Shown one piece after another: positions 59,729 to 64,000 of a stretch of 64,000 bases of DNA (its first letter is position 1; every line of letters starts with the position of its first letter). The translations under genes and the position numbers were made by a program. The stretch lies in the NCBI GenBank assembly GCA_050309605.1, contig JBNRMN010000052.1, positions 3,794-67,793 on the forward strand, in the 5' to 3' direction. The DNA is from Anaerohalosphaeraceae bacterium. Lineage in GTDB: Bacteria > Planctomycetota > Phycisphaerae > Sedimentisphaerales > Anaerohalosphaeraceae. The notes beneath the pieces were generated by a model. The model did no database searches and was not told the DNA's origin. It saw nothing but the letters and a program-made list of their open reading frames with translations.

Positions 59729-59755
59729 ACGTAACTTCTTTTTGGACAAAATCTT

Positions 59756-60709
59756 ATGGAAAAAGAGGTTGGCGCCGGACACAAAGGGAGCTTCACGGCC
59801 AACGTGCTGAGCAATCAGCAGATTCGCGAATGCTACTATCGCCTGAATCTAAAGCTTGACCCGATCGGAAGCCGTTTATTTGAAACAGCCAAGCCCGGCC
59901 GATTTGTGGAGATAGATTTGGCCGGACTGCCGCTGCCGCCCGAAGACAAAATTCCCCCCGCCCTGCGCGACGCAGCCCATCGACAAATCCTTCTGCGTCG
60001 TCCGTTCAGTTTTTCAGACGTCATCCTCACCCCCGGCCAGGACGGCCCAAGCGTCAAACTGGAGATCCTCTATTGCGTGCTCGGCCCGGCGACCTTGCGA
60101 ATGATGACGCTGGCCGGCGGCGACACCCTCAACCTAATCGGCCCGCTGGGCAACGGCTTTGCCCTGCCCGACACCCTCAAAAAAGCGGTTTTGATCGCCG
60201 GCGGCATGGGCGCCCCGCCGCTGCTGCATCTGGGCGGCTATCTGAAAAGGCACCGCCCCGAGGTGGAAACAATCTGCTTCGCCGGCGCCAGAAGTTGTGA
60301 GGATTTGCCCTTTACTCTCAAAATCGGCAATCTGACCGGCTTGGTACTCGAAGAATTTGACGTCCTGGGCATCTCCTCGCGCGTCGCTACAGACGACGGC
60401 TCGGCCGGCTTTAGGGGATTTGTCACCGATTGCGCCCGGCACTGGCTCCGCAACAATCAGCCGGACCCCAGCGAGACCCTCATTTATGCCTGCGGACCGG
60501 AACCGATGCTGGCCGAGGCGGCGCAACTGGCCGAGGACTTTGACCTGCCCTGTCAGGTCAGTATGGAGCGGATGATGGCATGCGGCATCGGGTTATGCCA
60601 AAGCTGCGCAGTGGAAATCAAAACTGATACCCCCGACCAAACCGAATATAAACTCTGCTGCAAAGATGGCCCGGTCTTTGACAGCCGAACTGTGATCTTT
60701 AAAGTATAA
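59756..60709 (+). CDS. pyrK: Dihydroorotate dehydrogenase (type 1B) electron-transfer subunit
   Basis: It has an FAD/NAD-binding fold and the C-terminal 2Fe-2S Cys cluster MACGIGLCQSCAV...CCKDGPVF. Confidence 0.9.
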   Translation: MEKEVGAGHKGSFTANVLSNQQIRECYYRLNLKLDPIGSRLFETAKPGRFVEIDLAGLPLPPEDKIPPALRDAAHRQILLRRPFSFSDVILTPGQDGPSVKLEILYCVLGPATLRMMTLAGGDTLNLIGPLGNGFALPDTLKKAVLIAGGMGAPPLLHLGGYLKRHRPEVETICFAGARSCEDLPFTLKIGNLTGLVLEEFDVLGISSRVATDDGSAGFRGFVTDCARHWLRNNQPDPSETLIYACGPEPMLAEAAQLAEDFDLPCQVSMERMMACGIGLCQSCAVEIKTDTPDQTEYKLCCKDGPVFDSRTVIFKV

Positions 60710-60716
60710 GGGGTTC

Positions 60717-60792
60717 AACAGCCGAGCCGCGCAAGCGGCCGGATAACAACATAATGTGGGATTAAAAGCCGAGCCGCGCAAGCGGCCGGATA
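60717..60792. repeat. Two direct copies of the REP-like element in the pyrK-pyrD spacer
   Basis: AGCCGAGCCGCGCAAGCGGCCGGATA occurs twice (about 60720-60746 and 60767-60792), in the same orientation. Confidence 0.9.
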
Positions 60793-60901
60793 GCAATACT
60801 TGGTGCGCAATGCAATCGGGCATCCTGTGCCGATGTATGTGGGTTGATGGACGACGCCGTTTTTATAAACTGAAAACCAACCTCTTTTTGCACATAAAAC
60901 G

Positions 60902-61834
60902 ATGGAACAAAACGTTGATTTGACCGTTGATTTTGCGGGGCTAACGCTCAGCAACCCGGTGCTGACGGCATCGGGAACCTGCGGCTATGCCGACGAACTG
61001 GCCGAGTTTATGGATGTTTCGAAGCTGGGCGGCGTCATTACCAAAAGCGTCACCGTCGCCCCGCGCAAAGGCAATCCCACCCCGCGAATCGTGGAAACCG
61101 ACGCCGGGATGCTCAACGCTATCGGGCTGGCCAATATCGGACTGGAACGCTTCGTCAGCGAAAAAATCCCCGTTCTCGAACAGCTCGGTACAACGGTCTT
61201 TGTCAACGTCGCCGGGCAGATGATCGACGATTATGTGCAGGTCGCCGAGCGGCTGGCCAAAGAACAGGCTGTCGCGGCTCTGGAATTAAACATAAGCTGC
61301 CCCAATGTCAAACAGGGCGGCATCAGCTTCGGTACCGATCCGACGCAGATTCGAGACATCACAAAACAGGTCAAAGCGGCCTGCGGCCCCAAACCCCTCA
61401 TCGTCAAGCTTACCCCGATGGTGACCGATATTTCCGCCGCCGCACGGGCCGCCGTCGAGGCCGGAGCCGACGCCCTGAGCATGGTCAACACCTTTACCGC
61501 TATGGTCATCGACATCGAAACCCGCCGTCCCGTGCTGGCCAATCGTACCGGCGGGCTGAGCGGCCCGGCTGTCAAGCCGATTGCGATCTATCTGGTCAGC
61601 AAAGTCTATCAGGAGGTCGCCAAGCCCGCCGGCGTCCCGATCCTCGGCGGAGGCGGCATACGAACCGCCGCCGATGCTGTCGAATTTATGATCGCCGGCG
61701 CCGCCGCCGTGACCATTGGAACCGCCACCTTCGTCCAGCCCGATACCGCGCTGCTCATCATCGAAGGCATCCGCCGCTACTGCACCCGAAAAGGACTGAC
61801 CACAATGACCGAACTGACCGGCAGCCTGCAATAA
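60902..61834 (+). CDS. pyrD: Dihydroorotate dehydrogenase (type 1B) catalytic subunit
   Basis: Seen: NPVLTASGTCGY, ELNISCPN (catalytic Cys), GGLSGPAVKPIA and GGGI. The product is 310 aa. Confidence 0.95.
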   Translation: MEQNVDLTVDFAGLTLSNPVLTASGTCGYADELAEFMDVSKLGGVITKSVTVAPRKGNPTPRIVETDAGMLNAIGLANIGLERFVSEKIPVLEQLGTTVFVNVAGQMIDDYVQVAERLAKEQAVAALELNISCPNVKQGGISFGTDPTQIRDITKQVKAACGPKPLIVKLTPMVTDISAAARAAVEAGADALSMVNTFTAMVIDIETRRPVLANRTGGLSGPAVKPIAIYLVSKVYQEVAKPAGVPILGGGGIRTAADAVEFMIAGAAAVTIGTATFVQPDTALLIIEGIRRYCTRKGLTTMTELTGSLQ

Positions 61835-61862
61835 CTCCGCCCTGAAGTTGCCGACGCATCTA

Positions 61863-61891
61863 CAACAGCCGAGCCGCGCAAGCGGTCGGAT
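61863..61891. repeat. Single REP-like element downstream of pyrD
   Basis: CAACAGCCGAGCCGCGCAAGCGGTCGGAT, differing from the 60717 copies by one nucleotide. Confidence 0.85.
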
Positions 61892-62015
61892 AACACTCTC
61901 CCACCGCACAGACACCCCCCACAGAACAAACTTCTCCGCGTCGCCTATTTTGAAATCTGAAATCTGTCTGCGAAATTGACACCAGTCCAGAAAACCGAAA
62001 GTCGCTCTTTCCCTG

Positions 62016-62273
62016 CTAAGGGGCAATACCCCGCACCCCCGTCCACTGGTCGTCGTAGTAATACCGCGTTGTCGTACCCGCTATCGCATCCACCGTCTCA
62101 ATCCTTCGGCCTAACGCATCATACGCGAACGTCGCGACCACAGTACTATCCGACCGCGACACCTTTGTCAAGCGATTTTCCATATCATATTCATAGACAT
62201 ACCCCCGATGGTCGCCCGTCAGATTCCCGGCGTCATCGTAAACACTAAAGATCGCAAATAGCCATATGATGAA
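62016..62273 (-). pseudogene. RHS/YD-repeat protein fragment (85 codons, no start codon, truncated at both ends)
   Basis: My own minus-strand translation gives FIIWLFAIFSVYDDAGNLTGDHRGYVYEYDMENRLTKVSRSDSTVVATFAYDALGRRIETVDAIAGTTTRYYYDDQWTGVRGIAP*. It contains three or four canonical YD repeats (YDxxGNL, YxYDxxNRL, FAYDALGRRI, YYYD). It is absent from the ORF track because it has no Met start. Confidence 0.7.
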
Positions 62274-62870
62274 TTAATCCATTTCAACATAATACCGCTT
62301 CCGAACCACTTCTTCATATGAAGCAGGCACAAGCCTGTCTTCGCACAAAAAATAATCTCGAAGAAATAATTGATAAGCCAACACCCTATTTCTGCGGTCT
62401 GTCCAGAAGCGAGCGTCAAGGCCGTTTTCCCATCGCTGATCTTTTTGTTGTGCTTCTTGAATTTTTCTGTCAAACTCCGCCGTCGAAACTAAAATGCCGT
62501 CGGGATTAGACTCCTTTAGATCATTATAGATTCCGGTTCGTAACGCCATTTCACTTTCGATCTGCCGAGCACGCTGTCGCAGGTATCGGACCCACCATCG
62601 CACCTTGTCAATCTCCGCCCAATCGGCCAAAGAGATGTGCTCGATATAAGCCAGTTCAAGTCGTACTGTCATAATCTCGGATATATCAATATCGTCGATG
62701 TAAAAGTCATTATTGATGCCTTCTCGAATGGCTTTTAAGTGTTCATGTACAAAATGGATGTCCGAGGGTAAAATAAAGACAAAGTAAAACAGACGCGGGA
62801 CGCCATGACCCAACGCAGCACCAATTAAAACAAAAACAACAGGCATCCCAAACATTTTCAATTTTTTCAT
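62274..62870 (-). CDS. Single-TM hypothetical protein, paralog B (candidate immunity protein)
   Basis: It has an N-terminal TM helix (MPVVFVLIGAALG) and is roughly 40% identical by eye to the ORF at 62920-63549 (RLELAYIE, WWVRYL, PDGILVS, EF..KI.EA.QKD, RDYFLC..RLVP.S.EE.VR.RY). The composition is AT-rich. GAGAGAG lies upstream of the ATG. Confidence 0.55.
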   Translation of the reverse strand: MKKLKMFGMPVVFVLIGAALGHGVPRLFYFVFILPSDIHFVHEHLKAIREGINNDFYIDDIDISEIMTVRLELAYIEHISLADWAEIDKVRWWVRYLRQRARQIESEMALRTGIYNDLKESNPDGILVSTAEFDRKIQEAQQKDQRWENGLDARFWTDRRNRVLAYQLFLRDYFLCEDRLVPASYEEVVRKRYYVEMD

Positions 62871-62919
62871 CTTGAACTCTCTCGTTCCAAACCATCAAGG
62901 CCTTATTAAGGAATGACGG

Positions 62920-63549
62920 CTACTCCATCATTTCTTCAAGTGCTTGAATCCGATAGCGATTTCGCACCCCTTCTTCGAAAGAACAAGGCACAAGTCTGTT
63001 ATTGCATAAAAAATAATCACGACGAGGCACATCATATTTTATAATTCCCTCTTTTCCATCAGGCCAGCTGCCATGCCACCAGCCGCGACTCCACTGTGCA
63101 TCTTTCTGCCGTGCCTCCTCGATTTTTTGTTCGAATTCTTCTGCCGAAACCAGGATACCGTCAGGATGTGTTTCTTTCAGTTCTTTTAGTTCATGAAAGA
63201 TTTCTGTTCTATTGCTGATTTGTGCAGAAGTAAACATTCCATACCTGTCAAGATACCGCACCCACCATTTTATCCTTTTTAGCTCGTTCAGATTGAACAA
63301 AGTCATATTCTCAATATAGGCCAACTCAAGTCGTAATTTCATCATTTCTCGTCTGTCATGATCATCTAAATACAACAACTCTCCGTTTAGGATGCTTCTC
63401 TGGATTGTGTTTAACGGTAGATACGCTTTCCTAACATCCTGACGAAAGTCACTAAAATAATAGCACAATGGACTTGAATAATAGCCAAGCACTATCCCAA
63501 TAAGAGTAAACACAATCGCAGCACTTTTCTTCTTTTTCTTCTTCTTCAT
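62920..63549 (-). CDS. Single-TM hypothetical protein, paralog A (candidate immunity protein)
   Basis: The N-terminus MKKKKKKKSAAIVFTLIGIVLG is a poly-Lys tract followed by a TM helix. I placed the start at 63549, 2 nt after the upstream ORF's stop, which suggests translational coupling. The track start at 63576 overlaps that upstream ORF. Confidence 0.55.
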   Translation of the reverse strand: MKKKKKKKSAAIVFTLIGIVLGYYSSPLCYYFSDFRQDVRKAYLPLNTIQRSILNGELLYLDDHDRREMMKLRLELAYIENMTLFNLNELKRIKWWVRYLDRYGMFTSAQISNRTEIFHELKELKETHPDGILVSAEEFEQKIEEARQKDAQWSRGWWHGSWPDGKEGIIKYDVPRRDYFLCNNRLVPCSFEEGVRNRYRIQALEEMME

Positions 63550-63551
63550 AG

Positions 63552-64000
63552 TTAATTTCTCTTTTTTACAGGGCACCTCACCGATGGGTCAAAAAGCGGC
63601 GTACATGATCCTACTCCGAGTGATCCGAATCCTGACGTATCTATTGGCTCCATTATACCAGGAATATCAAAATCTGTCGTCGTCTTCATACCAGAACAGC
63701 ATTCTGTTATACATCGATATAATCTTCGACAACGATATGTTTTACCCTGCTGATTCAGTTTGATGAGATTCTTAATAATCGCTTCATTGGGTGTTATGTA
63801 ACCCTTACCGACATATAAAAGCATATCTGCGTCGGTCCATTTCCCATCCGGCCCCGTTCCAATAAGTTTCACACTAACAGGAACATACCCAGCAATCTGA
63901 TAATTTACCCACTCCCACAAGGTTTCCTCTTGAAAAATATTCAAAGGCCAAGGCAGGTTAACTCTGTATTTCAATGTAACCCATCGAGCCATTATCTTTC
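63552..64000 (-). CDS. Hypothetical Cys-rich protein or C-terminal domain. The reading frame is open to the window edge, so the true start is unknown.
   Basis: The frame is open from 64000. The first in-window Met is at 63992, and there is no upstream stop within the window. The sequence (...GKWTDADMLLYVGKGYITPNEA...CRRLYRCITECCSG...) matches no family I recognise. It sits immediately upstream of the tandem paralogs. Confidence 0.4.
   Translation of the reverse strand, partial: KIMARWVTLKYRVNLPWPLNIFQEETLWEWVNYQIAGYVPVSVKLIGTGPDGKWTDADMLLYVGKGYITPNEAIIKNLIKLNQQGKTYRCRRLYRCITECCSGMKTTTDFDIPGIMEPIDTSGFGSLGVGSCTPLFDPSVRCPVKKRN

Noticed and set aside
61286-62026. 246-aa minus-strand ORF
   Set aside because: It is antisense to pyrD and passes through the REP element. 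Its Gly/Ala/Asp-rich composition marks it as a shadow ORF.
63525-63549. Poly-Lys codon run (AAG/AAA x7) as a slipped-strand phase-variation tract
   Set aside because: The run mixes AAG and AAA codons, so it is not a pure homopolymer or perfect trinucleotide repeat. The window gives no evidence of length variation. It more likely forms a positive-inside N-terminus for the TM helix.

Overview
This is a 64-kb chromosomal window. By eye it is GC-rich, with several AT-rich intergenic patches. It most likely comes from a PVC-superphylum bacterium (Planctomycetota/Phycisphaerae-like or Kiritimatiellota-like). The evidence is a DUF1559-type prepilin-leader protein, a PEP-CTERM protein, single dockerin-like C-terminal tails on secreted enzymes, and a TAT-signal GH109-like enzyme. 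Positions 1-31.4 kb are entirely on the minus strand and look like a host-glycan (mucin-type O-glycan or sialoglycan) utilisation locus. It encodes a GntR regulator, a GH33 sialidase, a GH2 beta-galactosidase, an M60-like peptidase, a 1264-aa multidomain HExxH protease, tdh-kbl, an SSF transporter, a 4-epimerase, a NahK-like anomeric kinase, a GH20 hexosaminidase, a sugar-1-P nucleotidyltransferase, a NagB-LmbE fusion and GH109, with a divergent AraC regulator. Next come polA and dnaA (co-directional and adjacent), a DJ-1 protein and an orphan mlaE. After these, gene orientation flips at an AT-rich 430-bp divergent intergenic region, which I propose as a candidate oriC. The right half carries a B12-binding-like protein, ptsN, an S8 peptidase, a ferritin-like protein, glmS, an 8-gene Opp/Dpp-type ABC operon with two substrate-binding proteins, a DUF547 protein, metK, dacB, a CheY-like receiver and pyrK-pyrD. 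It ends in an AT-rich island containing an RHS/YD-repeat remnant, two tandem paralogous single-TM genes and an ORF cut by the window edge. I saw no rRNA, tRNA, CRISPR array, transposase or recognisable defence gene. The least ordinary signals are: (i) the terminal island, a candidate polymorphic toxin/immunity cassette; (ii) a REP/BIME-like palindromic repeat family present at four loci, including inside the pyrK-pyrD operon; (iii) a NahK-nucleotidyltransferase-epimerase module suggesting a GalNAc/GlcNAc anomeric-kinase route; (iv) a promoter plus terminator leader upstream of pyrK. All functional calls rest on motif and family recognition by eye, because no searches could be run.
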